A stretch of 62,021 bases of DNA, filler included, from Stramenopiles sp. TOSAG23-3 (Eukaryota): the NCBI GenBank assembly GCA_900128585.1. It is 2 parts of 2 records of this genome, joined end to end, with 100 filler letters (N's around TTAATTAATTAA, not from the genome) between each part and the next. Parts side by side here need not be neighbours in the genome. Positions count along the whole stretch, not along the records: positions 31,109 to 62,021 come from LT642224.1; 1 more part is not named here. One strand, written 5' to 3'. The notes beneath the pieces were generated by a model. It made no database searches. It saw only the letters and a list, made by a program, of their open reading frames with translations, and was not told where the DNA came from. Positions 52,479 through 62,021 of this stretch are shown one piece after another. Position 1 is the first letter of the stretch. Every line of letters starts with the position of its first letter. The translations under genes were made by a program, and so were the position numbers.

Positions 52479-53681
52479 TTAAAAGCTGTAATCCTCGTCT
52501 TCCTCTTCGCTGCTGTCGTCCCAACTATCATCATCTTCGACATCATCTGCCGGAGCAAAGTCAACGCGTTTGTCAAATTCGTAATTCTCGTCCCCTGGCT
52601 TGACCCTGTTTTTAATAAAATCGGTGTCCATGGCGGCCTTGGCAGCCTTTAAATCCGCTTGGGAGACACGGTTCAAATTAATTGTACCGTCGATCGCCAC
52701 TGTTGCTTTTGGCTGTTTTTCTTCCTCCTCTTCACTGCTATCGTCCGCATCGAACGTTTCTACCTCGGTTGGTGACTCTTTCTTCACCTCAATTGGTGCA
52801 GTCTCTACAGGGGCCGTGGCCGGCTCCTCTTCTTCCCCTTCAAAATCATCTTCAAAATCGTCTTCAAAGTCCGAGTAGTTGTCCTCGTCCTCTTCTTCTG
52901 CGCTTTCGCTCGCTGGCAACGCTGCCTTGGCCGGGGAGACTGTTTTTTCCGGGGACATTTCCCGAGCGACCGGGGATGCCATCTGCGCTTTCGGAGACAT
53001 TTGTTTTACTGGTGACAGCTGCTTCTTGGGCGACCGCGACGCACGGGGGGATGCTACTTTCATGGGAGACGGTGGTTTAATGGGAGAGGAGGGGGCTTCT
53101 GGGACACGCGAGGCTGTTTCCTCGTCATCTACCGCCGCGGCATCTTCCCCTTCACCGCTCGCAGGGCCCTCGTTGTGGTTCACATTGTCAAGCGTTCGGG
53201 CCAGGCTGCTTCTCTTCACTGCTTGCGGGCTATTGGTCTGTTGGTTCTCCAAGTTCTTATTTTCACTATTGTTGTTGCTGCTGCTTCGTGCACTCTTTGC
53301 AGAGCTACCGGAGACGTTAACGATATCTTCATCATCGCAGGGAATATTCTTTATCAAGCGCGTAACCAGGCGTTGAAGCTGTTCTGTAGCGACAAGATCA
53401 GGCGACAGGTATTCCTTGCACTTGATCTGAAGGTTCTTCGTCACTTTCCTGGGGTCCGAGTCCGGCTTGAGCTTTTTGATCGTGAAACGGCGCATGTAAA
53501 GCTTGCTCCCCTTTTGAGAATCTTTGAACTCCAGAATAATTGTGGGTGGATCCTTTTTGAGCGCGAACCGTTGAGGCTCAATTTTTCTCACCCCCTCGGT
53601 CTTTCGCTCGCTGCTGGCCGCCACGTCACCAAACATTTTTTGCGACTCGTGGCCCGAGCCCATATGTTTCCGAAGCATCAT
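52479..53681 (-). CDS. CEP19: Centrosomal protein CEP19-like with a large disordered insertion
   Basis: EPQRFALKKDPPTIILEF...KLYMRRF...QLQRLV. C-terminal NLNRVSQADLKAAKAAMDTDFIKNRVKPGDENYEFDKRVDF...SWD. First ATG 53681. Confidence 0.87.
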   Translation of the reverse strand: MMLRKHMGSGHESQKMFGDVAASSERKTEGVRKIEPQRFALKKDPPTIILEFKDSQKGSKLYMRRFTIKKLKPDSDPRKVTKNLQIKCKEYLSPDLVATEQLQRLVTRLIKNIPCDDEDIVNVSGSSAKSARSSSNNNSENKNLENQQTNSPQAVKRSSLARTLDNVNHNEGPASGEGEDAAAVDDEETASRVPEAPSSPIKPPSPMKVASPRASRSPKKQLSPVKQMSPKAQMASPVAREMSPEKTVSPAKAALPASESAEEEDEDNYSDFEDDFEDDFEGEEEEPATAPVETAPIEVKKESPTEVETFDADDSSEEEEEKQPKATVAIDGTINLNRVSQADLKAAKAAMDTDFIKNRVKPGDENYEFDKRVDFAPADDVEDDDSWDDSSEEEDEDYSF

Positions 53682-54126
53682 GGTTGCACTGAGATAATAA
53701 TATACTTGACGAGTAAAAATGAAAACACTCACACGGTTGTGAAAAATGTAGCCTTTTGCACGTAAATAGGAACAATTTATTTTCCTTTACTTCTCTCTTT
53801 TAATTTTTCTTCTTTTTCTTCTTCTTCATAAACAGAAATTCTTCTACAAAATAATTCAATTCACAAAAAAAATTATTGATAAAAAATATATATAATAATA
53901 ATAATAATCATTTTTAATAATTAGAAGAAGAAGGATCAGTCAGTTCCAGTACATTATATTAGCTGTCACCACACCACCGGTATTAATATTATATAGCTAG
54001 TCATAATATTAAAAGTTAAAAGAAGAAGAATACAGATGATGTGATCATATTAATAAAAAAAAATGATGATGATGACATGGGCAAGAAGAAGAAGAAGCGT
54101 TTTTTATTCATCATCGTATCCCCGGC

Positions 54127-54262
54127 TTCTCTCTTCTCTCTTCTCTTCTTCTCTCTTCTCTCTTCTTCCCTTCTTTCTTCTCTCTTCTCTTCTTCTCTCT
54201 TCTCTCTACTCTTCTTCTCTCTTCTCTCTTCTCTCTTCTTCTCTTCTCTCTTCTTCTCTCTT
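54127..54262. repeat. TTCTC tract in divergent spacer
   Basis: Seen directly. Confidence 0.92.
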
Positions 54263-54967
54263 TAAAAAAAAATGAACGTTGAGAGTTGGTTCCTTTTAAT
54301 TATAATTAGTATTGTTTAGTATATAGTATAGTATAGTTATATAATGTAATATGATATAGATAAATAAAATAATAATAATACTGTATAAGTACTAAATGTT
54401 ATTGTATATAATTATAATTAAATACTATTAATAGATTAAGAAGAGTATACAATACAATACATTCCTTTTTCTTTACGTTGCACAACAAACAAGAAGAAAA
54501 AATAATAAAAAAACGGATGTCTATATATTAATAATAATGATGGTATTTCTATGTTATAGAAAGAAATATGAGATAAACGTAATAGAAATAAAATATAATT
54601 TAATGAGATTTTGTATATGAGCACAGTACGGGGTACGGGTGTATAGAATTATAGTAAATGGCTGTAATGAGTTATTGTTCAGTGTGGTGTTGGTGTTACT
54701 TATATATATATACAAGCAAGATAGAAGAAATACTATTTTGTAATCTCATTTTATTGTAGTAAGACAGTGCATTCATTCATTGCATTAGGCATTGTGATAC
54801 AAAAGAAAATAGGAAAGTGTATATGTGACGATGGTTTGATTGAAAAAAGGACGTGAAAATCATCATCAAAACCACAAGTTATTGAAACGGAAAATTGTGT
54901 ATCGATTAAGGATCAAATCCTTTTTTCTCTTTTGTACAAACTAAAACGCACATATATACTCTTCAGA

Positions 54968-55444
54968 ATGGCAAGTGGAGGTTTCGGTGGAAGGAACGAC
55001 ATGATATCGTCGAAGTTCGATGCCGTCTCTAGAGATTTCATCATGAGGGAAATGTTGAAACGTGAAAACGCGTGCATGAAGATTAGTGAAAACTTTAACC
55101 TGAACCCCAAGACACTGGAGCTCAACACATATCCCTTAAAACCGTCTCAAATGGATCCGTATAAACTTCAGCAGTTGCTCAGGAATACAAACGCAGATGA
55201 CGATTGTACAGACCCGGAATTGAAAGAAAAATTACAAAGGGCGAGCATGATGCCCCAGGAAAAGAATAAATTCCCCATGACAGCCAGCCAAACTGTCGGG
55301 TGGTTCTGGAAAGAGGGGCGCGAAGACAGAAAGAAAGACATGAAGTGGTTCCAACCATTGAACCGCAGCGAGGAAGTTAAATACGCCGAAGCGTATGTCA
55401 TGATGACAGGAAAGTCACCGTATGCAAACACTGGCGCGAAGTGA
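54968..55444 (+). CDS. CFAP144: Cilia/flagella-associated protein FAM183/CFAP144-like
   Basis: IMREMLKRE...ENFNLNP, PQEKNKFPMTASQTVGW, SEEVKYAEAY...GKSPY. First ATG 54968. Confidence 0.8.
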   Translation: MASGGFGGRNDMISSKFDAVSRDFIMREMLKRENACMKISENFNLNPKTLELNTYPLKPSQMDPYKLQQLLRNTNADDDCTDPELKEKLQRASMMPQEKNKFPMTASQTVGWFWKEGREDRKKDMKWFQPLNRSEEVKYAEAYVMMTGKSPYANTGAK

Positions 55445-55673
55445 AAAAATTAAGTTCTTAAAAACAGTTATGCTAAGATAGCTATTTACAAAAACTCACA
55501 GACTAAAAAAAATGTAAAAATTACTTTTTACGAAGAGTACAAACTTTCTAAAATTGAAGAAGAGAGGCAAACTTAAGATTTGGGAACACAGTGTGTACAC
55601 TCTCTATAAAAAATTTCCTTTGGTCTACCCCCCTTCTCAAAACTCCTCACGCACGGACCAGCTGTGCACCCCA

Positions 55674-58031
55674 CTAATCTTCTCCCGAGTCTATGTCAAT
55701 CTCAGCGTCGTCATCTTCCGTCGCTTGCTGAAAGGACAAAGTAGTGGACGCAGCAGTTCCAGGTTTGCTTAGGACGGGTTCTTCAGGCTCCACGTTTCGG
55801 ACAGTGCTCAGAAAACTCGCCTTGGCAGTCCGTTGAATACGGAGCATCTCTTTGAACGTATCTTCGTCTCCATGCTGGATCTCAAACTCGCGCCAGTATT
55901 TCCAAAAGGACAGCTCAACCCGGGGGTCGCAGACTTGAGAAGCGTGCGCCAATATGGCGCGAGCGCGAGGAACATCGTTCAGTTCCATTTCCATTTCTGC
56001 AAACTTAATGCCGACGTTCTTGATGTCCTCGTTCGCCAGCGTTGCCATTGCGCTTTCGTAGATATCTCGGGTTCTGGCAGGACCGTGCATCTCGTGCACG
56101 TACTCGATGTACTCAAGGTATGTGTCGTACTTATCGCTGTTTTGTACCACGCGGGTAGCACGATCATAGACTTCCATGGCGTGTCGATCTAAACCATACT
56201 GCCGCTCAAAGTTTGCGTACATGCTGAAGATGGTCTTCGCATCTTCCGCGGGAACCGTTTCACAGCACTCTTCGAACAGATCCCTGGTTCTTTCTATTTT
56301 GGAGTCCCCGTACCTTTCCACAAAGGCAAGCAAATAGTTAATCCATATGGGCAGCACATGGGGGAACGAAAACAGGGCAACGCCTTTCTCGTATGCGCGG
56401 AAGGAGTCTTCGAAGTACTTCTTCTCCGCAAGCATTCTTGCGTAGTTGATTATCGTGACGGGGGAGACTACTTTGAGGGCAATTGCACGGTCGTACGCGG
56501 CTCGGGTCGTGTCCAAGGTTCCGCAGTTTTCCTCCAAGTCCAAGTAAAGACTCCAGATCAATGGGTTTTTTGAGAGACGGCGACGGCAGATGGTAGCGCC
56601 CTTTTGGCCCCCTTTGCCCAACGGGGTGGTCCCCACCTGCGCAAGCTTATACGCCCCCGCAGCGTTGCCGGATCTAATTTCAAACTCTACATTTTCACAC
56701 CAAACACGACTCAACTCTTCAGTTAGACGGTACTCTACGAGCCGCGCCCGCTCGTACACTTTTCTTACCTTTTCGCAATCTTTCCCGCCCTGTTCCACAT
56801 ACTTTGCATAGCTTATCCACAACGTGCTCAAATGCCCGTTGCAAGCTTCAAGGGGCTCAATGCTTTTCACAGCATCCTCAAAGACTTTCACGGTCTTCTG
56901 AGGGTTCTCCCGCAGCAGCTCGGTCTGCGCCAACCAATCCCCAACATTGTTCTTGTCGCGCCTCACAAGGACGCGGTTCATTAAGAGCTCTCTACTGTCC
57001 AGAAGTGCCTGCAAACGATCCATGCGAGAATCGACGCTGTCTCCCCCGCCTTCCTCCTCGTCCTCTTCCTCGTCTTCTTCGTCGTCCTCGTCCATAAACT
57101 CTAGTTCCGCATTTATGACACTCTCATGAAAATTAGTGAATGCGTCAAACACTAAGCTAAAATCTTGCGCGGTCGAGACGGTGTTGCATGCCTCGTCAAA
57201 AATCTTTTCGGCTTTGTCAAATTCGCCCAAACGAGTGTAATAATTAGCTTTGGAGACCCACAGACGCCCTACGTTGTCCACGGATTGCTGAAAACCGTGA
57301 GAAAGTATGTTTTCGACATCTATCCTGTCGTCATTGGCGAGCTTGTCTGCGTGCTTCCCGATGATATCTGCCAAGCTCTCCCACATACTCTCCTTGCTCC
57401 GGCCGTTCGGCGACACGTAGTCTTTGCTCATGACCATTTTAAACAGTCTGGCCACATACTCCTTCCAGTTTTTTATTTGCTTTAAAATGTCCAAGAATTC
57501 CTCCGACGCAGAGGGCGTAAATTTTAAATATCGGTTGTAAACACTGACCGCCGTATGGCTGCACTTGGAGCCTTTCGCAAAACCTAGGAATGCCTCCCAC
57601 ACGCGGTAGTGGAGGGTGACCGGAAGCGCTTTCAAGGCACGGTCGTACACGCGCCTGGTCCTAGTGACCAGCCCTTGCGCAGCCAAAAATTTGGTATAAT
57701 TGAACCAAAGCCGTGGCATTGCGCTCAGCGGCACGAGCGCGCGCTCATACAGCTCGTTAATCTTTTCATACGCAGGACTGTCCAAGGGAAGGTTTCGGGC
57801 GCGCTTTGTTCGTTCTTCCAAGTACGCAACCCATAGCTTGTAGCTACCGGGCATTATCAGAAGGGCGCGCTCGAAAAGTTGAAAAATCTCAACGGTACTT
57901 TGAGCATTATTCTCATTAACAGTGTTGCTAAGTTTCCCCTTTATCAATTTCCACCAAAGCTTGAAGTCGTATGGAGTCCTTTGCAACTGTTCTTCAAACT
58001 GTACGTCCCCCGCCGGTATGGTGTACACCAT
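55674..58031 (-). CDS. SYF1: Pre-mRNA splicing factor SYF1/XAB2 (HAT repeats)
   Basis: FEEQLQRTPY, FERAL..MPGSYKLW, MPRLW, IWSLYLDLEE, ERTRDLFE, CDPR...FW..W..FEIQHG.EDTFKEMLRIQR. Confidence 0.95.
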   Translation of the reverse strand: MVYTIPAGDVQFEEQLQRTPYDFKLWWKLIKGKLSNTVNENNAQSTVEIFQLFERALLIMPGSYKLWVAYLEERTKRARNLPLDSPAYEKINELYERALVPLSAMPRLWFNYTKFLAAQGLVTRTRRVYDRALKALPVTLHYRVWEAFLGFAKGSKCSHTAVSVYNRYLKFTPSASEEFLDILKQIKNWKEYVARLFKMVMSKDYVSPNGRSKESMWESLADIIGKHADKLANDDRIDVENILSHGFQQSVDNVGRLWVSKANYYTRLGEFDKAEKIFDEACNTVSTAQDFSLVFDAFTNFHESVINAELEFMDEDDEEDEEEDEEEGGGDSVDSRMDRLQALLDSRELLMNRVLVRRDKNNVGDWLAQTELLRENPQKTVKVFEDAVKSIEPLEACNGHLSTLWISYAKYVEQGGKDCEKVRKVYERARLVEYRLTEELSRVWCENVEFEIRSGNAAGAYKLAQVGTTPLGKGGQKGATICRRRLSKNPLIWSLYLDLEENCGTLDTTRAAYDRAIALKVVSPVTIINYARMLAEKKYFEDSFRAYEKGVALFSFPHVLPIWINYLLAFVERYGDSKIERTRDLFEECCETVPAEDAKTIFSMYANFERQYGLDRHAMEVYDRATRVVQNSDKYDTYLEYIEYVHEMHGPARTRDIYESAMATLANEDIKNVGIKFAEMEMELNDVPRARAILAHASQVCDPRVELSFWKYWREFEIQHGDEDTFKEMLRIQRTAKASFLSTVRNVEPEEPVLSKPGTAASTTLSFQQATEDDDAEIDIDSGED

Positions 58032-58419
58032 CGTTCTCGTCGATCGTTCGAACCCTACAACAACTACAGAAGGAAAAAAAAAGCCGTACGCACAAATCCT
58101 GTCTCTAAGCGATGGTTTGATTTTACAACTTTCAAATACTTCGTCGCATGCACTTCCTAGGCCATAATAAATTTAAATTTATAACTAGATGCAAAAAGAT
58201 ACCAATAAGTAATTGAATACTCCATCCAATATAATACCTTTTGGCCACACTAACCAACTGGTGGTTAGGGGAGGAGTTGTGATAGATTACTTAATATCGA
58301 GTAAATATACTAATATGAGATAGGATGTATTGTAAAATTATTAATGTTACTTAATATTAATATATAAATTATATATACTTAATACACCTATATGAAGTAT
58401 ATTAATTGGTGTGTTGTTC

Positions 58420-59844
58420 TTAATCGCCCTCTCTGTCGGTTTGCATCGCTGCAGAAGCATCAAGCTTGGCTTGACGCATTTTCTCACGACGCTCTTCTCT
58501 TTCCTTTCGCTGTTGTTGCAATTGCATTTCGTACTTCTCTCTTTCCGCTTGCTCGTTGTACTCTCGCACTTCTTCTACATACGCCTCCAGGTTATCGGCA
58601 TCGACATCTGCGTACTTTTCTCTGAACTGTTTAAGGTATTCTTCTTGCTCCCGCTTTTGCTCGTTCTGTACATCTTGGACCAAATCACTGAAAGAACTTC
58701 TTTCCCAAAACGACTTCGTTTTCCTCTTCCCATCTGGTGTATAAAATGCGCCTGGACCTTCTATCAACCCCTCTTTCATCGAACCGTTGTACTTAAAACC
58801 AGCAGAATTGGTGAATGTGCCCCATCCATGCTTCTTGTTCTCGGCCCAACCTCCATCGTAGACTTGACCGCCCGGGTAACGAATCACCCCCTTGCCGTGG
58901 CGTTTACCGTTGGCCCAGTCCCCTGTATATTTTACCCCACTTTTAAATGTCATCGTACCCTTTCCGTGAAACTTATCGTTTGCCCACATACCGTCATACA
59001 CATGCCCAGCTTTGTACTTGGATATACCGGGCCCGTGTCTTCTATTGCTTTTCCAAACCCCGTTGTGCGTTGACCCGTCCACGAAACACATCGTGCCCCT
59101 CCCGTTCAGCTTCCCATTTTTCCAGCTTCCAGAGTAGTTAAAGTATACATGATTTCCTCGGCTATGCAAATGTTTCTTTACAGCCTTATGAAGCCCGGGA
59201 GGCGCCACTACATCGGGCTCGAATATTAATCTCTGTTTTGGAAGGTTAACGTCCATGGGCTTGGTAGGAGTCTTTCTGATGAGCGCTAAAGTCTGCTCTT
59301 TGGGGCTAAGCATGTTCAAACGTTTAGGTTCAAGAAGTTCCTTCACTTCTTCCTCAACAACATCTTCTAACTTTTTGGGTGGGAGCCAATGGTAATATTT
59401 ATCATGGGTTCTTTCGCCCGAGATTTCATCATAAAGCCTAGTGCTGAGTTTTCCCATTTTAAACTCTGACAGTTTCCCCTCTCGGGGCATGTTTTCAACG
59501 TGCGCTCGCGAAATTCCAGCTTTTCGAAGAAGTTTTCTGTACAGCGCACCTTTGGGATCAGCTTTATCAAGTTTCCTATAGTATTTCTCCAAAGGTTTTG
59601 TGGGCGAGTCTTCCTTCTTATAGTCATAATGCGTGTACTTCGAGTAAATGGTTTCCCCGCTGGAATCACTATCGTACGATCGTGCCGTCTCAGGCTTTTT
59701 TGTCGTTGCCAAAAGTTTTGCAGCTTCCATTTTCGCAGCATCTAGGTCTTTTTTGACTGCCTCCGCATGCTCCGCCGCATTGTCCAACTTGTCGAGCTTG
59801 TCCCGGGCTGAGTCAGGCGCGTCCCACTCATCATCATCCGCCAT
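58420..59844 (-). CDS. MORN repeat protein with C-terminal coiled coil
   Basis: Six Y.G.W...K.HG.G-type repeats. Confidence 0.92.
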   Translation of the reverse strand: MADDDEWDAPDSARDKLDKLDNAAEHAEAVKKDLDAAKMEAAKLLATTKKPETARSYDSDSSGETIYSKYTHYDYKKEDSPTKPLEKYYRKLDKADPKGALYRKLLRKAGISRAHVENMPREGKLSEFKMGKLSTRLYDEISGERTHDKYYHWLPPKKLEDVVEEEVKELLEPKRLNMLSPKEQTLALIRKTPTKPMDVNLPKQRLIFEPDVVAPPGLHKAVKKHLHSRGNHVYFNYSGSWKNGKLNGRGTMCFVDGSTHNGVWKSNRRHGPGISKYKAGHVYDGMWANDKFHGKGTMTFKSGVKYTGDWANGKRHGKGVIRYPGGQVYDGGWAENKKHGWGTFTNSAGFKYNGSMKEGLIEGPGAFYTPDGKRKTKSFWERSSFSDLVQDVQNEQKREQEEYLKQFREKYADVDADNLEAYVEEVREYNEQAEREKYEMQLQQQRKEREERREKMRQAKLDASAAMQTDREGD

Positions 59845-60419
59845 TGTGATTAAATATTACGGATTGCAACTTACAAAAGATCCACTGCACAAATGTCAGC
59901 TTTCATCAATTTAACGCGATTGCGGAGTAATAATTTGACATGTTCGAACGAGCATTTTTCCGTGAGATTTTAGGGGTCTTTGTTTACTTACGCAAGGAGT
60001 GAGTGTATTTTATTTATTCTAATTCTTCTTCTTAATTATTATTATTATTATTATAACGGCTGCTGCTATTGTACATTATATATGCTTCTTCCACCATCCT
60101 TCTCATCATCATCCTCCTGCTGTTCTGCTGTTGGCTGTTGCATGTTGATACGAATAATTATTAGACGCCTACGTACCCTACGATACGTACTACGAGTTAA
60201 AATTATAGCAGTTTTCTTTGTTGTTGTTTAAGCATTTTTAATTCCAGTTTCTATTTCACATATTATACTATATTTTATGCAAGGGAAATACTCTAGTGTA
60301 TATCTATGCAAGAGAAATACTCTACTGTATATTATATCTAATTATACTAAATAGTTAATTATAAAAACCTTAATGAGTTTTCTTTTCAATCCACCAATAG
60401 GACAACAGCAGTCGTCGGC

Positions 60420-60660
60420 TTCTCTTCTTTTTCTTTTTTCTTTTTCTTTTTCTTTTTCTTTTTCTTCTTTTTCTTTTTCTTTTTCTTTTTTCTTTTTTTT
60501 TCTTTTTCTTTTTCTTCTTTTTCTTTTTCTTTTTCTTTTCCTTTTTCTTTTTCTTTTTCTTCTTCTTCTTCTTCTTCTTCTTCTTCTTCTTCTTCTTCTT
60601 CTTCTTCTTCTTCTTCTTCTTTTTTTTTTATTATTCATCCATCTTCTTCTTCTTCTTGTT
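60420..60660. repeat. TTTTTC/TTC tract in divergent spacer
   Basis: Seen directly. Confidence 0.93.
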
Positions 60661-60832
60661 GAGATAATTATTGTCATTGTTGATGATTACAAATTGCCAA
60701 GCTCAAATTACTCTGTACGATGCACTTCTCGCTGTAACAGAATTATGAAACCGAATTAACCAAATTCTTTTCATTCGTAGAATTTCTCGGCCTGTTTTAA
60801 CCCGTATATTGATTACCTGCCCTTCGTTGCCC

Positions 60833-61540
60833 ATGATAATTACAATGAGATCTACTCTGTGGGTATGTTTAGTGTTCGTCTTCGAGTTAATGCAGCTGAA
60901 CACGTCTGACGCGAACTGTCCCAAAAAATTAGTTGCCGATACTCTGCGAGTTGACGTAGAAGATATTGACCTTTACTGCGACCCAGACGGTTGGTTTCAC
61001 GAAAGAATAAATAGACACATTCGTTTGAAGAATTTTTGCGGTTGCGAAGGAGAATTTAACCACGACGTTTACTGCACTGTTCACAGTGAAGTGGAGGTGG
61101 AAAACAACTTGGATTGCGAAGGACTTCCCCTTCCGCCACCTTCTCTTCGTTTGATAGAGATCAGAGAAAAGCGGATGCTGGAACAGAGACAAAAGGAAAA
61201 AGTGAAGGAGCGCCTTGAAGAAGCGGAGAAAGCTGAAGAAAGCAACAAGCACGAACAGAGTAAAAAACACCTCGAAGAGCAGGACGAAAAGCGAATGAAA
61301 ATTTTAAAGGCGGAGGAGCAGGAAGAAAAACGTCGGGTAAAATACGAAGAGGAAGAAAAAAAATATATCGCAGAGGTAATGGACAACGACCCCAATGCGC
61401 AGGTAGCAAAGTTTTTGGAAGGAGATCATTTAGACGACGCGCCAACAGATTCTAACGGGGTTCAAAGCGTTGCCGAAACACAGGATTCTATGGAAATAAA
61501 AAAAAACCTGGAACGGTTAGAGACAGAAGATGGGCTGTAA
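60833..61540 (+). CDS. Hypothetical secreted protein: small Cys domain + E/K-rich coiled coil
   Basis: Signal-peptide-like MRSTLWVCLVFVFELM..SDA, six Cys, then a charged helix. ATG at 60833 or 60845. Confidence 0.72.
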   Translation: MIITMRSTLWVCLVFVFELMQLNTSDANCPKKLVADTLRVDVEDIDLYCDPDGWFHERINRHIRLKNFCGCEGEFNHDVYCTVHSEVEVENNLDCEGLPLPPPSLRLIEIREKRMLEQRQKEKVKERLEEAEKAEESNKHEQSKKHLEEQDEKRMKILKAEEQEEKRRVKYEEEEKKYIAEVMDNDPNAQVAKFLEGDHLDDAPTDSNGVQSVAETQDSMEIKKNLERLETEDGL

Positions 61541-61804
61541 GGCCAACGGTTTTTTGAAGCTAACTGCACGAGAGTGTGAAGTGATACACTCTTAATACAA
61601 TTTAAGAAGAAAATCAGCTCCTATGATACCAAAAGTAGTTCGTAAAACGATGCCAAAACATTATAAATACACAGGTTAAAATATTAAAATTATATTATAT
61701 TTTTTTAAAAAAAATGCAGTTCTACAATTTGGGATAATCTTGAGAGTCTTAAAACATACTATATCATTAGTTTAAAAAAAAAATGCGAAGTGCAACCCAC
61801 CTGC

Positions 61805-62021
61805 TTAATAGTCAAGGCCTTCGGGGCGCGTTCGTTTTGTACTGCTTCCAGCCGCACTTGTGGGCGCCCTCTGCCCTCTTCCCCTAACTTTTACCTTTCT
61901 TCGCCGCCCTTCATAAGATTCAATATCGTCGTCATCATCGTAAGAATAGTCATCAAGTGCTCCATCTCCTTGCATCATGTCTTGCATAAAGGCTGCCATC
62001 ATCGCCTCCTCCAAGCCACCA
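61805..62021 (-). CDS. 3' end of a gene running off the window
   Basis: Frame open to the window edge (..LEEAMMAAFMQDMMQG..), coding-like composition, stop at 61805. Confidence 0.6.
   Translation of the reverse strand, partial: GGLEEAMMAAFMQDMMQGDGALDDYSYDDDDDIESYEGRRRKVKVRGRGQRAPTSAAGSSTKRTRPEGLDY

Noticed and set aside
325-61540. Alternative genetic code or stop-codon reassignment
   Set aside because: TAA, TAG and TGA each end conserved proteins at their expected C-termini (e.g. MANEA TAA, EIPR1 TAG, Dre2 TGA).

Overview
Eukaryotic nuclear DNA from a draft assembly with several N-gaps. It most likely comes from a flagellated protist: CEP19, CFAP144/FAM183 and MORN genes are present, and stramenopile affinity is only my inference. 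About 31 compact protein genes can be read, essentially all as single-exon ORFs in the standard code (TAA, TAG and TGA all end genes). They are mostly arranged head-to-head or tail-to-tail and separated by AT-rich spacers. Recognisable products include a GH99 endomannosidase, a PKA-like kinase, an oxodicarboxylate carrier, a VDE-like lipocalin, HutD, calpain, TTI1, FAAL-ACP, Dre2/anamorsin, EIPR1, homoserine dehydrogenase, MFS and MATE transporters, mitochondrial uL15, CEP19, CFAP144 and SYF1. I recognised no rRNA, tRNA, CRISPR array or transposase. The most notable points are: (1) TTI1 fused in frame to a METTL21-type lysine methyltransferase; (2) an F-box-like motif on an AGC kinase; (3) a repeat-flanked island encoding a protein with C-x2-HG-x5-C-x2-C zinc repeats, the fourth of which is frameshifted; (4) two further frameshifted loci (CD36/EF-hand and an ARM protein); (5) an intergenic 'grammar' in which long GAA/TTC tracts mark divergent spacers, while an identical 47-bp element and ACAGCCAATTTT motifs occur in convergent spacers. 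All family calls come from motif recognition by eye, not from database searches.
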